Shown here piece after piece: positions 9,011-17,777 of a stretch of DNA of 32,000 bases. Below the pieces are notes generated by a model. That model saw only the letters and a program-made list of their open reading frames with translations, did not search any database and was not told the origin of the DNA. Positions within the stretch are counted from its first letter, which is position 1; every line of letters starts with the position of its first letter. The DNA comes from an uncultured archaeon (GTDB taxonomy: Archaea; Micrarchaeota; Micrarchaeia; Micrarchaeales; CABMGC01): positions 570,001-602,000 of the forward strand of contig OY969902.1 of assembly GCA_963704435.1 (NCBI GenBank), in the 5' to 3' direction. The position numbers and the translations under genes were made by a program.

Positions 9011-9373
9011 GTGACCAAAATGGATGGTGGAGGAATAGAGGTGGTGAAAGAGGTCGGCGGCAACGCCGTCCGGAATAACGGCGGCTATGCGATTGGGAAT
9101 CAGGTTCCGGAGCTCATTGCAGCGCAGGCCGCACCAAAGACAGATTATAACAAGGAAACGTACTTGAGATCCGCCCTGCTCGCGCAGAGAGGCGCTCACC
9201 GCTGCTGGGACTGCGGCTGCGACCTAGACAAGCGCAACATGGACGTCATGATTCGTGACATCACCGACGGCACCACCTGCGTCAATGTTCGCTGCCGTTA
9301 TGTGTGCGACCAGTGCGCTGAGGAGGAAAGGCAGAAGGGCTGCACGGTCCTGATAAGGAAGGGGAACGATTGA
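9011..9373 (+). CDS. Small zinc-ribbon-like protein, function unknown
   Basis: HRCWDCGCDLDKRNMDVMIRD...CVNVRCRYVCDQCAEEE cysteine clusters; nearly contiguous with both neighbours. Confidence 0.5.
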   Translation: MTKMDGGGIEVVKEVGGNAVRNNGGYAIGNQVPELIAAQAAPKTDYNKETYLRSALLAQRGAHRCWDCGCDLDKRNMDVMIRDITDGTTCVNVRCRYVCDQCAEEERQKGCTVLIRKGND

Positions 9374-9604
9374 ATGGCCGAGCCAACGCAGGTGAAGGGT
9401 TACCTATTGAAGGTCAACATGAGGAGTGCCGACGCGCTCATGGAAGTCATAAGAAGCATCGAAGAGCTCGGCCCTGCCATTGAGTGCCGCATCCAACCGT
9501 CTCCCAACAATCCTTGCGTCCTGCATGTGATTGTGGAGCAAGTCAGGCGCGACCCCGAGCCTAAGTCCCCGCCGATGTCCAGCGATGCCCAGATCGATCA
9601 TTAA
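9374..9604 (+). CDS. Small hypothetical protein
   Basis: ATG immediately follows the upstream stop (zero-nt gap). Confidence 0.45.
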   Translation: MAEPTQVKGYLLKVNMRSADALMEVIRSIEELGPAIECRIQPSPNNPCVLHVIVEQVRRDPEPKSPPMSSDAQIDH

Positions 9605-9685
9605 TGCGCAGCGATAACTTGCCTCTCAATTATTACGGAACCGCGCAGAGCAAGCCACTTTAAGTTTTCTTTCTCATATTTGGGC

Positions 9686-10597
9686 ATGGCAGGCAAGCGC
9701 TACATCTGGTTCGACGGCAAGTTCGTGGACTTCAGCAAGGCGAATGTCCATGTGCTCACACATTCGCTGCAGTACGGCAGCGGGATATTCGAGGGAATAA
9801 GGGCATACGAGGCCGACCGCGGCGCGTCGGTCTTCAGGCTGCGCGACCACGCGAAGAGGTTCATGAACAGCGCCAAGACTTACCGGATGGGTGTGGGTAT
9901 TGGCGTAGGAGAGTTCGAGGAAGCTGTAGTCTCTACGATAGCGAAGAACAGATTGAGTGCGTGCTACGTGCGACCGTTCGCTTTCTATAACGACAATCGC
10001 ATAGGCGTTAATCCTGCAGGACACAAAGTGAGTATGATAATCGCGGCCATTCCATTCGGCAACTATTTCCAGAACAAGGACAAGGGAATATCCTGCAACG
10101 TGTCATCATGGCGCAGGATTAATTCGACGACACTCCCGCCGCAGGCGAAGGCTAGCGGGAACTACCTCAACTCGGTCCTGGCTTCGCTCGAGGCGAGGAG
10201 CACGGGCGCCGATGAGGCCATAATGCTCACGCAGGAGGGGCATGTGGCGGAAGGATCGGGAGAGAACGTCTTCCTCGTCGAGGACGGCATCCTTGTCACC
10301 CCTTCCATAGGATCCGACATCCTCCCAGGCATAACGCGAGACACGGTGATCAAGCTGGCGGAGAGTCTCGGCATAGAGGTCGAGGAGCGCAATGTGCACA
10401 GGGAGGAGCTATACACAAGCAGCGAGGTGTTCTTCACTGGCACCGCTGCGGAGATAACCTCCATAGCCAAGATAGATTCGAGGCCCGTAGGGAACGGCAA
10501 GCCGGGTCCGATGGCGAAGCTGCTGGGCGATAGCTACTACGATGCCGTTCGTGGGAAGAATAAGGAGTATGAGGGCTGGCTGACCTACGTGAAATAG
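9686..10597 (+). CDS. ilvE: Branched-chain-amino-acid aminotransferase
   Basis: WFDGKFVDFSKANVHVLTHSLQYGSGIFEGIRAY, YVRPFAFY, KASGNYLNSVLASLEA, DEAIMLTQEGHVAEGSGENVFLV, FFTGTAAEITSI. Confidence 0.95.
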   Translation: MAGKRYIWFDGKFVDFSKANVHVLTHSLQYGSGIFEGIRAYEADRGASVFRLRDHAKRFMNSAKTYRMGVGIGVGEFEEAVVSTIAKNRLSACYVRPFAFYNDNRIGVNPAGHKVSMIIAAIPFGNYFQNKDKGISCNVSSWRRINSTTLPPQAKASGNYLNSVLASLEARSTGADEAIMLTQEGHVAEGSGENVFLVEDGILVTPSIGSDILPGITRDTVIKLAESLGIEVEERNVHREELYTSSEVFFTGTAAEITSIAKIDSRPVGNGKPGPMAKLLGDSYYDAVRGKNKEYEGWLTYVK

Positions 10598-10599
10598 GT

Positions 10600-10962
10600 T
10601 CACAGCAGCTTCAGCGTGGCGGTGTAGCGGTCTATCTCATCGCTTTTCCAGGGCCCCACACCCAGTGCAGTCGTCGTCCCCGGAGGCAGCTGCGTCATGC
10701 CCGCGTCATTGACGATCGCGCACGGCACCTTCTTGAACTTGAAAGCGGAATGGAGCTTCAGCAGCAGCTCCTCGCTCTCTATCTTAAGGACGATTTTCTT
10801 CTGTCCCTCGTCGAGCCATTCCTTTGCGATATCAGGATCGGTCTTCTCAGCAATCAAGTAGCTCATCAAGGATGCGTGTGCGACCTGGGCAGCGAGCTTT
10901 CCAGTGCCCATTTTCAGGTCCTTCCTAGTGATTATTACCTGCTTTATCTCCGTTCGAGGCAT
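10600..10962 (-). CDS. pth2: Peptidyl-tRNA hydrolase type 2
   Basis: IKQVIITRKDLKMGTGKLAAQVAHASL, DAGMTQLPPGTTTALGVGP. Confidence 0.96.
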   Translation of the reverse strand: MPRTEIKQVIITRKDLKMGTGKLAAQVAHASLMSYLIAEKTDPDIAKEWLDEGQKKIVLKIESEELLLKLHSAFKFKKVPCAIVNDAGMTQLPPGTTTALGVGPWKSDEIDRYTATLKLL

Positions 10963-10989
10963 TAGTATGCTTCTGATGCAAGTATTTTA

Positions 10990-11727
10990 TTACTTCACGC
11001 GCACAAGTTGTGGGCTGGCCTTTTGCGGCGCACTCCCATCCCGGAACAAGCTGCCTTCCGCGAACGGGCTGGAAAGGCGCTTTTCTACATTGTCCGTCGC
11101 GGCAAGCAATGCATCAAATGTCAGTTCGGCCCTGATGACTGGAGGGTACGGGCCGATACAGTTTTGTGGACCTATCCCCAAAACATATTGCTTCTGCAAT
11201 CCGCTCCGTATGAACTGCCATGCCTGATAAAAGCTATCGTCACCGTGTATGACTACCTTACCGGGATTCCTTCTCTGAAACTCTTGCACTCCTGCGGCCT
11301 TATTTGCGGCGTGGATAATCCGCACATCGCGAATTTCGTTGTCGCGCAGGATTTCCTTTATTATGTCCGTACCGTTGCCCGAGGTCATTATGATTACTTT
11401 ATCTCTTTTGTCCTCATTGCCTCGGTAATAGTAATGCTTTACTAGGCGCAAGACTTCTTGGTTCACCAGAATGTCTCTCGCAGTATGCCCCTGTTTCTTT
11501 TCCACGCCACTTTGTAGCCACTCTGATCCATCACAAAGACGGAATATGCCATTGGTGGCGACTGTTTTTAAAGGCTCAGGCAGCTTATCTAGCATAAGGT
11601 ATTTTTGCACAAGCACATGGGTTCCAAACAGGAATCCGTGGGCATCGAAGGAATGCACAAACTCCATTCCGAAATCCGCCATGGGCTCTATTGTGTGCGT
11701 GCTCCTTTTTAATGCCTTTTGAGCCAT
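10990..11727 (-). CDS. Hypothetical protein, possible degenerate HAD-like phosphatase
   Basis: FDAHGFLFG (motif I-like), VIIMTSGN (motif II-like), NKAAG...KVVIHGDDSFYQAW (motif III/IV-like); tentative. Confidence 0.45.
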   Translation of the reverse strand: MAQKALKRSTHTIEPMADFGMEFVHSFDAHGFLFGTHVLVQKYLMLDKLPEPLKTVATNGIFRLCDGSEWLQSGVEKKQGHTARDILVNQEVLRLVKHYYYRGNEDKRDKVIIMTSGNGTDIIKEILRDNEIRDVRIIHAANKAAGVQEFQRRNPGKVVIHGDDSFYQAWQFIRSGLQKQYVLGIGPQNCIGPYPPVIRAELTFDALLAATDNVEKRLSSPFAEGSLFRDGSAPQKASPQLVRVK

Positions 11728-11754
11728 ACTTTAATCGTCTAAGTGGGTTGACAT

Positions 11755-12906
11755 ATGTCGAACGTGCAGGGCAGGCGGGTAGTCACTGAACTGATAAGGG
11801 CCTACTACAGGTCGCAGCCGCCCCCCGCTCCGTACAAGACAGAGCAGCGCGAGTTCGGCTTCGGAAATTTCGACGACAAGGTCGCGTTCAGGCACGTCGC
11901 TTTCAAGAGCGATTCAGATTTGAAGAAGTACATTGTCGACACCGCGCCAGCGTTCGTCGACGCAAGCACTGCGTATTACAAGCTCCCCGACGCGCGTCCG
12001 ATGCCTCGGAAGGAGTGGCTCGGCTCCGACCTGGGCTTCGACATAGACGCCACCGACATACCGACCAAATGCAAGCTCATCCACGGCACCGGCTGGGTGT
12101 GCGGCGAGTGCCTCGACGCTGCGAAGGCGGAGACCGTGAAGCTGGTCGCAGATTTCCTGATGGGAGATTTCGGCTTCACCGAGAAGGAGGCGGAGATAAA
12201 CTTCAGCGGAAACAGGGGCTACCACGTCCACGTCAGGTCGGAGAGCGTATTGCATCTTGACGCAGAGTCGCGCAGCGAGATAAGCGGCTACATACGCGGC
12301 AGCGGAATCGTGATGAAGAACCTATTCCCCAGCCTCGGCGAGAGGGGCAAGCAACTCATCGGTCCGAAGCTCTCGGACAGGGGCTGGTATGGAAGGATAG
12401 CCAGGGGATATATCGCGGCACTGGAGTCCACAGAAAATCTTGCATCGCTAGGATTGGATCCTGCACTAGCGCGCCGTATGCACGAGAAGCGCGGTCTCAT
12501 CGCGCTAGGCATAGGGAACGGCAACTGGGACATGGTGAGGATACCCAAGAAGGACGAGGTCGTGCCCAGGATCGTGGAGTCTGTGATAGCGAGCAGGAAC
12601 GCTAGGATAGACGAGAACGTCACCAAGGATCCGTCACACCTCATGCGCCTGCCGAACACCATACACAGCGGCACGGGTCTCGTCGCGAAGAAGATACCCT
12701 CGCTGTCCGCCCTCGAGAAGTTCAACCCAATGGACGACGCCATCGCATTCAAGTCGGGCGAGCTGAAGGTGTCCGCCAACTCGAAATTCGCCGTCACCAT
12801 GAACGGGAAGGAGTTCGGGCCCTTCGAAAATGAGACGGTCACGCTTCCCACCTACGTGGCAACATATTTATATTTAAAAGGCGTAGCAGACATACTAAGC
12901 AGCTAA
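11755..12906 (+). CDS. priS: DNA primase small (catalytic) subunit
   Basis: REFGFGNFDD, catalytic DLGFDIDATD, INFSGNRGYHVHV, LMRLPNTIHSGTGLVAKKI. Confidence 0.95.
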   Translation: MSNVQGRRVVTELIRAYYRSQPPPAPYKTEQREFGFGNFDDKVAFRHVAFKSDSDLKKYIVDTAPAFVDASTAYYKLPDARPMPRKEWLGSDLGFDIDATDIPTKCKLIHGTGWVCGECLDAAKAETVKLVADFLMGDFGFTEKEAEINFSGNRGYHVHVRSESVLHLDAESRSEISGYIRGSGIVMKNLFPSLGERGKQLIGPKLSDRGWYGRIARGYIAALESTENLASLGLDPALARRMHEKRGLIALGIGNGNWDMVRIPKKDEVVPRIVESVIASRNARIDENVTKDPSHLMRLPNTIHSGTGLVAKKIPSLSALEKFNPMDDAIAFKSGELKVSANSKFAVTMNGKEFGPFENETVTLPTYVATYLYLKGVADILSS

Positions 12907-12947
12907 CTTCCGTCTCAAACACAGATTCCTGCTTCAAAGGTGCGCAA

Positions 12948-13523
12948 ATGAATTCATACAAACACATCTCAGTATCTTTTCAAAAGGAGTACGCCGAGAG
13001 GCCCCAGATCCTCAAGGACAGGCTGGTCCTGTGGAGGCGCGAGCCCGCGGTGGTAAGGCTGGAGAGGCCGACCAACATCGCCAGGGCGAGGTCGCTCGGG
13101 TACAGGTCGAAGCAGGGCGTCACGGTCGCAAGGGTCAAGGTGGCGCGCGGGCTGAGCAAGAGGCCGAAGCCTCACAGGGGAAGGAAGCCGTCGAAGTACG
13201 GAAGGTTCTTCTCGTTCAGGAAGTCCCTGCAGTCGAGGGCCGAGGACCGCGCCGCCAGGAAGTTCTCCAACTGCGAAGTGCTCAACTCATATTATGTAGG
13301 GGAGGACGGAACGAACAAGTTCTTCGAGGTTATACTCCTGGACAGGGCGCACCCCGCGGTGGCCAACGACAGGAGATACGCTGGCGTAATCAACCAGACC
13401 GGCAGGGTCTACAGGGGATTGACGAGTTCCGGGAAGCACCACAGGGGAATAATCAGGAAGGGCTTCGGGACCAACCTCAACAGGCCTAGCGTCAGGCAGG
13501 GCCAGAGGGCAATAAAGGCATAG
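12948..13523 (+). CDS. rpl15e: 50S ribosomal protein L15e (eL15)
   Basis: RLERPTNIARARSLGYRSKQGVTVARVKVARG, RPKPHRGRKPSKYG, NSYYVGEDG, RAHPAVANDRRY. Confidence 0.96.
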   Translation: MNSYKHISVSFQKEYAERPQILKDRLVLWRREPAVVRLERPTNIARARSLGYRSKQGVTVARVKVARGLSKRPKPHRGRKPSKYGRFFSFRKSLQSRAEDRAARKFSNCEVLNSYYVGEDGTNKFFEVILLDRAHPAVANDRRYAGVINQTGRVYRGLTSSGKHHRGIIRKGFGTNLNRPSVRQGQRAIKA

Positions 13524-13591
13524 GTGTTCGCCTGCCGAGCGCAAGACTGCGTATAGAGCTCGGGAAAAGCGCACGCGACTACCTCAGGATA

Positions 13592-13789
13592 ATGGACAAG
13601 AGGGCGGACTACAAGAGGAGCAGGGTCCATTACAAGTCCGGAAAGGGTGCGATAGAGATAAGCGTCACCGCTTCTGATTCCGTCGCGCTGCTGGCTTCGC
13701 TCACGAGCACCATAAAGCAGTTGAGGATAATCGCGGACATCGACAACACCACGGCAAAGCTTGCCGGGCAAGGGCGTCGCAGAGCGTGA
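13592..13789 (+). CDS. KEOPS subunit Pcc1-like protein; homology continues in frame upstream to about 13520
   Basis: SRVHYKSGKGAIEISVTASDSVALLASLTSTIKQLRIIADI resembles the Pcc1 pattern; the in-frame upstream codons ARLRIELGKSARDYLRI supply a plausible missing first strand. Confidence 0.6.
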   Translation: MDKRADYKRSRVHYKSGKGAIEISVTASDSVALLASLTSTIKQLRIIADIDNTTAKLAGQGRRRA

Positions 13790-13843
13790 TTTCCCTCCTC
13801 CCGCGCTTCATCCTTTGAGGTTTCCCCTATTCACAAGGAAAGG

Positions 13844-13860
13844 GATATAAATATAAAAGG
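13844..13860 (+). promoter_or_regulatory. TATA-like promoter of the ribosomal protein cluster
   Basis: GGGATATAAATATAAAAGGG about 60 nt upstream of the rpl3 ATG. Confidence 0.6.
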
Positions 13861-13916
13861 GTCCAAAGTAAGTTTACTAAGGAAGTCTTATCTTTCTCTT
13901 TTAGCAAGGTCTGTAC

Positions 13917-14879
13917 ATGAGAAAAGGCTCACTAGCATATTGGCCCCACAGGAGGGCACGGAAGCTGTTGCCCCGGATGCGAACCAGTCCGAAGCTAGCC
14001 GAGCCGTCCTTCTCGTCGCTGCTCGCGTTCAAGGTCGGCATGACCCACGTGGGCATAACCGACGTCTCGGAGTCCCCGTCGAAGGGCCAGGAGGTGTCCA
14101 GGGCCACGACGGCGGTGGTGTTCCCCAAGACGTTCATCTATGGCATAAGGTTCTACAGCAGGCAGTACATCTACAAGCAGCCGTCCGTCACAGTGTACGA
14201 CAAGGCGCTCGCGCAGCGCGTCGGGATAAAGAACGCGAAGAACACGAGCATAGAATCCGTGAAGAAGGATCTCGCGAGCTTCGAGGACGCGACCGCGCTA
14301 GCATTCGCGGACCCCTCGGTCCTGAAGATGGGGTTCAAGCATCTGACTAGGTTCGAGATTCCCGTCGGGGGAAACACCGTGGAGGAGAAGGTCTCTTTCC
14401 TGGAGAAATGGCTTGGCAAGGAGATGAAGCCCGGCGACGTGCTCAAGGCCGGAGAGTTCGCGGACGTCATCTCGATATCGAAGGGCAAGGGCTGGGCCGG
14501 AGTCATAAAGCGTTTCGGAGTGGCCAGGCAGTACCACAAGGCGACCGGGAAGGTAAGGCACGTAGGCACGCTCGGCGCGTGGCACCCGCCCAAGGTGCTG
14601 TTCTCTGTGCCGATGGCAGGCCACATGGGCTACAATTACAGGACGGAGTTCAACAAGAGGATACTCAAGATGGGCGCGGCGCAGGAGGCTGCCGAATTCA
14701 CCACGCGCGGGGGATTCCTGCATTTCGGCAACATGAACGGAGACTTCGCCCTTCTCGACGGCTCGATCCCAGGCTCAGCGAAGAGGCTGCTGAGGATCAG
14801 GAGGGCGCTCAGGCCGGTCAGGAAGCCGGTGGAGCAGAAGCTGACGTTCGTTTCGACCGCGTCGAAGCAGGGTGCATGA
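13917..14879 (+). CDS. rpl3: 50S ribosomal protein L3 (uL3)
   Basis: FKVGMTHVGI, GFKHLTRFEIP, FADVISISKGKGWAGVIKRFGVARQYHKATGKVRHVGTLGAWHP. Confidence 0.97.
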   Translation: MRKGSLAYWPHRRARKLLPRMRTSPKLAEPSFSSLLAFKVGMTHVGITDVSESPSKGQEVSRATTAVVFPKTFIYGIRFYSRQYIYKQPSVTVYDKALAQRVGIKNAKNTSIESVKKDLASFEDATALAFADPSVLKMGFKHLTRFEIPVGGNTVEEKVSFLEKWLGKEMKPGDVLKAGEFADVISISKGKGWAGVIKRFGVARQYHKATGKVRHVGTLGAWHPPKVLFSVPMAGHMGYNYRTEFNKRILKMGAAQEAAEFTTRGGFLHFGNMNGDFALLDGSIPGSAKRLLRIRRALRPVRKPVEQKLTFVSTASKQGA

Positions 14880-15694
14880 TCATGCAGGCTAGCGTTCACG
14901 GAATCGACGGGAAGGCGGGGAAGAAGATAGCCCTGCCCGGCATCTTCGAGAAGGAGTACCGCGTCGACCTGGTGAGGAGGGCGCTGCTAGCCGACCAGAG
15001 CACCAAGTTCCAGCCGCAGGGCCATTACCTGCTCGCGGGAATGCAGACCACGGCGGTCTACGTCGGCAGGTATTCCGTTTACAGGACTGGTAGGCACATA
15101 GGAAAGGCGATACGGCCGAGGCAGAAGCTCGCGAAGGGCGCCATGGGAGACGTCAGGCGCATACCTTCCGCGGTGAAGGGAAAGAGGGCGCACCCCCACA
15201 AGATAGAGAAGACGCTGGTGGAGCGGATAAACCGCAAGGAGTACGCGCGCGCGCTGGAGAGCGCAGTGGCCGCGACCGCGAATCCCGAGCTCATAAAGAA
15301 AAACCACTCCTATCGCGGCGCCGAGCTCCCGATCGTCGTGTCATCCGATATCGAGAAGGTGGCGAAGACGCAGGAGCTCATGAAGATCCTGGAGGCGCTG
15401 TCGCTCACGGAGGACCTCGACAGGTCGCACTCCCCGAAGCCGAAGGCGGGCCGGAGGAGGAAGGTCCAGCGGAGGTATTTCAGGAACAGCGTGCTCATCG
15501 TGGCGAAGGACGCGGCGCACCTGCGGAAGGCGGGCCGCAACGTCCCGGGCGTCGAGGTCGTGGGCGTCGGGGAGCTGAGCGTCGAGTCGCTGGCGCCGGG
15601 CGCCAACCCGAGGCTGACCGTCTGGTCGGAGGCGGCGATACCTGAGATCGAGGAGAGCGTTTCAAAGGCAAGGCCGAGGCAGCCGGTGTGGTAG
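14876..15694 (+). CDS. rpl4: 50S ribosomal protein L4 (uL4)
   Basis: RVDLVRRALLADQ, GRHIGKAIRPRQKLAKGAMGDVRRIPSAVKGKRAHPHKIEK; ATGA overlap with rpl3. The tracked ORF start (14408) is too long. Confidence 0.95.
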   Translation: MIMQASVHGIDGKAGKKIALPGIFEKEYRVDLVRRALLADQSTKFQPQGHYLLAGMQTTAVYVGRYSVYRTGRHIGKAIRPRQKLAKGAMGDVRRIPSAVKGKRAHPHKIEKTLVERINRKEYARALESAVAATANPELIKKNHSYRGAELPIVVSSDIEKVAKTQELMKILEALSLTEDLDRSHSPKPKAGRRRKVQRRYFRNSVLIVAKDAAHLRKAGRNVPGVEVVGVGELSVESLAPGANPRLTVWSEAAIPEIEESVSKARPRQPVW

Positions 15695-15695
15695 C

Positions 15696-15947
15696 ATGAG
15701 CGTACTGTTCTATCCCATAGCGACGGAGAAAGCAATAAATATGATAGAGAGAAATAACGTTATCACCTACGTGGTCGACTTCAGGGCTACCAAGCCCCAG
15801 ATCAAGAAGGAGTTCGAGGACGTCTTCAAGGTAAAGGTGGAGAAGGTAAACACGGAGATAGAGCTGGGCACGAGGAAGAGGGCGTTCATAAGGATAGGCA
15901 AGAGCTTCAAGGCCAGCGACATCGCGCTGAAGCTCAAGCTAGTGTGA
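15696..15947 (+). CDS. rpl23: 50S ribosomal protein L23 (uL23)
   Basis: PIATEKAINMIERNNVITYVVDFRATKPQIKKEFEDVFKVKVEKVNT. Confidence 0.96.
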   Translation: MSVLFYPIATEKAINMIERNNVITYVVDFRATKPQIKKEFEDVFKVKVEKVNTEIELGTRKRAFIRIGKSFKASDIALKLKLV

Positions 15948-15958
15948 AGTGAGAATCA

Positions 15959-16678
15959 ATGGGAAAGAAACTAAGGCAGCAAAGGAGGGGCAAGGGCAGC
16001 AACTCGTTCAGGAAGCCCCCTAACTACTTCAAGGCGGACATAGTTTTCCCGAGGTCTCCGGAGCAGGGCAAGGCCGTGGGAGAGGTCGTGGAGTTCGTCG
16101 ACGACCCGGGCCACAGCGCGCCGCTGATGCGCATCGTCTACGAGGACAGCACGGAGAGCCTGCTGCTGGCCCCCGAGGGGATAAAGGTCGGGGACAGGAT
16201 ACAGCACGGCAAGGGCGCATCGCTGAGCATAGGCAGCATACTCTCGTTGGGCGACCTGCCCGACGGCACTCCTGTCTACAACGTCGAGTCGACGTTCGGC
16301 GACGGGGGCAAGCTCGCGAGGGCAGCAGGGAACTCGGCCACGGTCGTGTCGCACACATCGGGGACGGTCTCGGTCCTGATGCCGTCGAAGCAGACCATCG
16401 AGCTCAGTCCGTCGTGCAGGGCGGAGGTCGGCGTGGTCGCGGGCGGCGGCGCGGAGGCGCAACCGATAATGAAGGCGGGCAAGAACCACTACATAAAGCA
16501 CGCAGTGAACGGCTTCTGGCCGAAGAACAGGGGAGTCAAGATGAACCCTGTCGACCACCCGTTCGGAGGCAAGCAGCACCACAAGGGAATGTCGAGCATG
16601 GTGTCGCGCAACGCGCCTCCTGGGAAGAAGGTCGGTCACATAGCCGCAAGCAGGGTCGGGAGGAAGAAGAGGAGCTGA
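15959..16678 (+). CDS. rpl2: 50S ribosomal protein L2 (uL2)
   Basis: KLRQQRRGKGSNSFRKP, VVSHTSGTVSVLMPSKQT, GVKMNPVDHPFGGKQH. Confidence 0.97.
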   Translation: MGKKLRQQRRGKGSNSFRKPPNYFKADIVFPRSPEQGKAVGEVVEFVDDPGHSAPLMRIVYEDSTESLLLAPEGIKVGDRIQHGKGASLSIGSILSLGDLPDGTPVYNVESTFGDGGKLARAAGNSATVVSHTSGTVSVLMPSKQTIELSPSCRAEVGVVAGGGAEAQPIMKAGKNHYIKHAVNGFWPKNRGVKMNPVDHPFGGKQHHKGMSSMVSRNAPPGKKVGHIAASRVGRKKRS

Positions 16679-16684
16679 TTGGTC

Positions 16685-17077
16685 ATGGCAAGAATATTCC
16701 TGTTCAGGGGCAAGACGCCGGAAGAGCTCCAGAAGATGAGCATCGAGGAGTTCACGAAGCTGATCAACTCCAGGGAGAGGCGCGCGATGGTCCGCCAGGG
16801 CACCACCTTCAAGGAGCTCCAGGCGAAGGTGGAGAAGTACAAGAAGCTCGGAAAGGACAAGGCGCTGAAGACCCAGGTGAGGGAGGCGGTCATACTCCCG
16901 AGCTGGCTCGGCATGAAGTTCGCCATACACAACGGGAAGGAGTGGAAGGAGATGACGATAGCCCCGGAGATGCTCGGCCACAGGCTGGGCGAGTTCGTGT
17001 TCTCCACGAAGCGCGTGCAACATTCGGCTCCTGGCATAAGGGCCACGAGGGGCAGCAAGTTCCTGTCGGTGAAATGA
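16685..17077 (+). CDS. rps19: 30S ribosomal protein S19 (uS19)
   Basis: FLFRGKTPEELQKMSIEEFTKLINSRERR, IHNGKEWKEMTIAPEMLGHRLGEFVFSTKRVQHSAPGIRATRGS. Confidence 0.96.
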   Translation: MARIFLFRGKTPEELQKMSIEEFTKLINSRERRAMVRQGTTFKELQAKVEKYKKLGKDKALKTQVREAVILPSWLGMKFAIHNGKEWKEMTIAPEMLGHRLGEFVFSTKRVQHSAPGIRATRGSKFLSVK

Positions 17078-17775
17078 TGGCATACTCGTTCAACCTCAAG
17101 AGGGAGCCGTTCGCGTTCGCGCTGTGCGAGGAGGTCAACGCCAGCTACAAGGACCTGGGCGCGGTCTGCGATGCCATAAGGTACCTGAGGGCGGGCAGCG
17201 CCCTGGCGCTGCTGGACACGGTCGCCAGCAAGTCGGCGCCCATACCCTACAGGAGGCACAACAGGTACATGGGCTCGAGGCACGAGCTGAAGGGCGCCAA
17301 GGGCGCTTACCCTGTTAAGGCCGCGAGGGAGGTGAAGGTGGCGCTGGTCAACGCGCTAGCTAACGCAGAGAACAAGGGCATGGACAGGGACTCGGTCTTC
17401 GTCATCCACGCCTCGTCCACGAAGACGAGGACTGAGACGAGGCCGCCGTCCAAGGGATCCCTGTCTTGGGGAAGGGGCAGGTACGGAGCCTCGTCCGCGG
17501 TACGCAGCAACCTCGAATACGCGAGGATAGAGGTCGGGCTTGGCACAGGTACGGAGGAGGAGCTCACGTCGAACATGAAACACTTCATAAAGGTGAAGAA
17601 CGGAATCAAGGAGATAAAGGCGGTGCCGAAGAAGGAGAAGAAGGCGGCCGCAGCTCCGAAGAAGGCGCAGGCCGAGAAGAAGGAAGCCAAGTCGGAAAGC
17701 GCCGCTCCGGCCGCGCCGCACATCGCGCACAGCCACGAGGGGCACGATCACACGGAGCAGAAGAAGAGTGAGTGA
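17074..17775 (+). CDS. rpl22: 50S ribosomal protein L22 (uL22) with long Lys/Ala- and His-rich C-terminal extension
   Basis: VCDAIRYL, PIPYRRHNRYMGSRHELKGAKGAYPVKAAREVKVALVNALANAENKG; ATG overlaps the rps19 stop. The tracked start (16414) is too long. Confidence 0.93.
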   Translation: MMAYSFNLKREPFAFALCEEVNASYKDLGAVCDAIRYLRAGSALALLDTVASKSAPIPYRRHNRYMGSRHELKGAKGAYPVKAAREVKVALVNALANAENKGMDRDSVFVIHASSTKTRTETRPPSKGSLSWGRGRYGASSAVRSNLEYARIEVGLGTGTEEELTSNMKHFIKVKNGIKEIKAVPKKEKKAAAAPKKAQAEKKEAKSESAAPAAPHIAHSHEGHDHTEQKKSE

Positions 17776-17777
17776 GA

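Noticed and set aside
14408-15694. 428-aa tracked ORF
   Set aside because: The first 156 codons are the out-of-frame shadow of rpl3; only 14876 onward is L4.
15971-17083. Long minus-strand ORF (370 aa) and similar long antisense ORFs (e.g. 19724..21046, 20851..21864)
   Set aside because: Antisense to confidently identified genes, with low-complexity Arg/Leu/Pro-rich translations typical of GC-rich shadow frames.
16414-17775. 453-aa tracked ORF
   Set aside because: Codons before 17074 shadow rpl2 and rps19; the real gene is rpl22.
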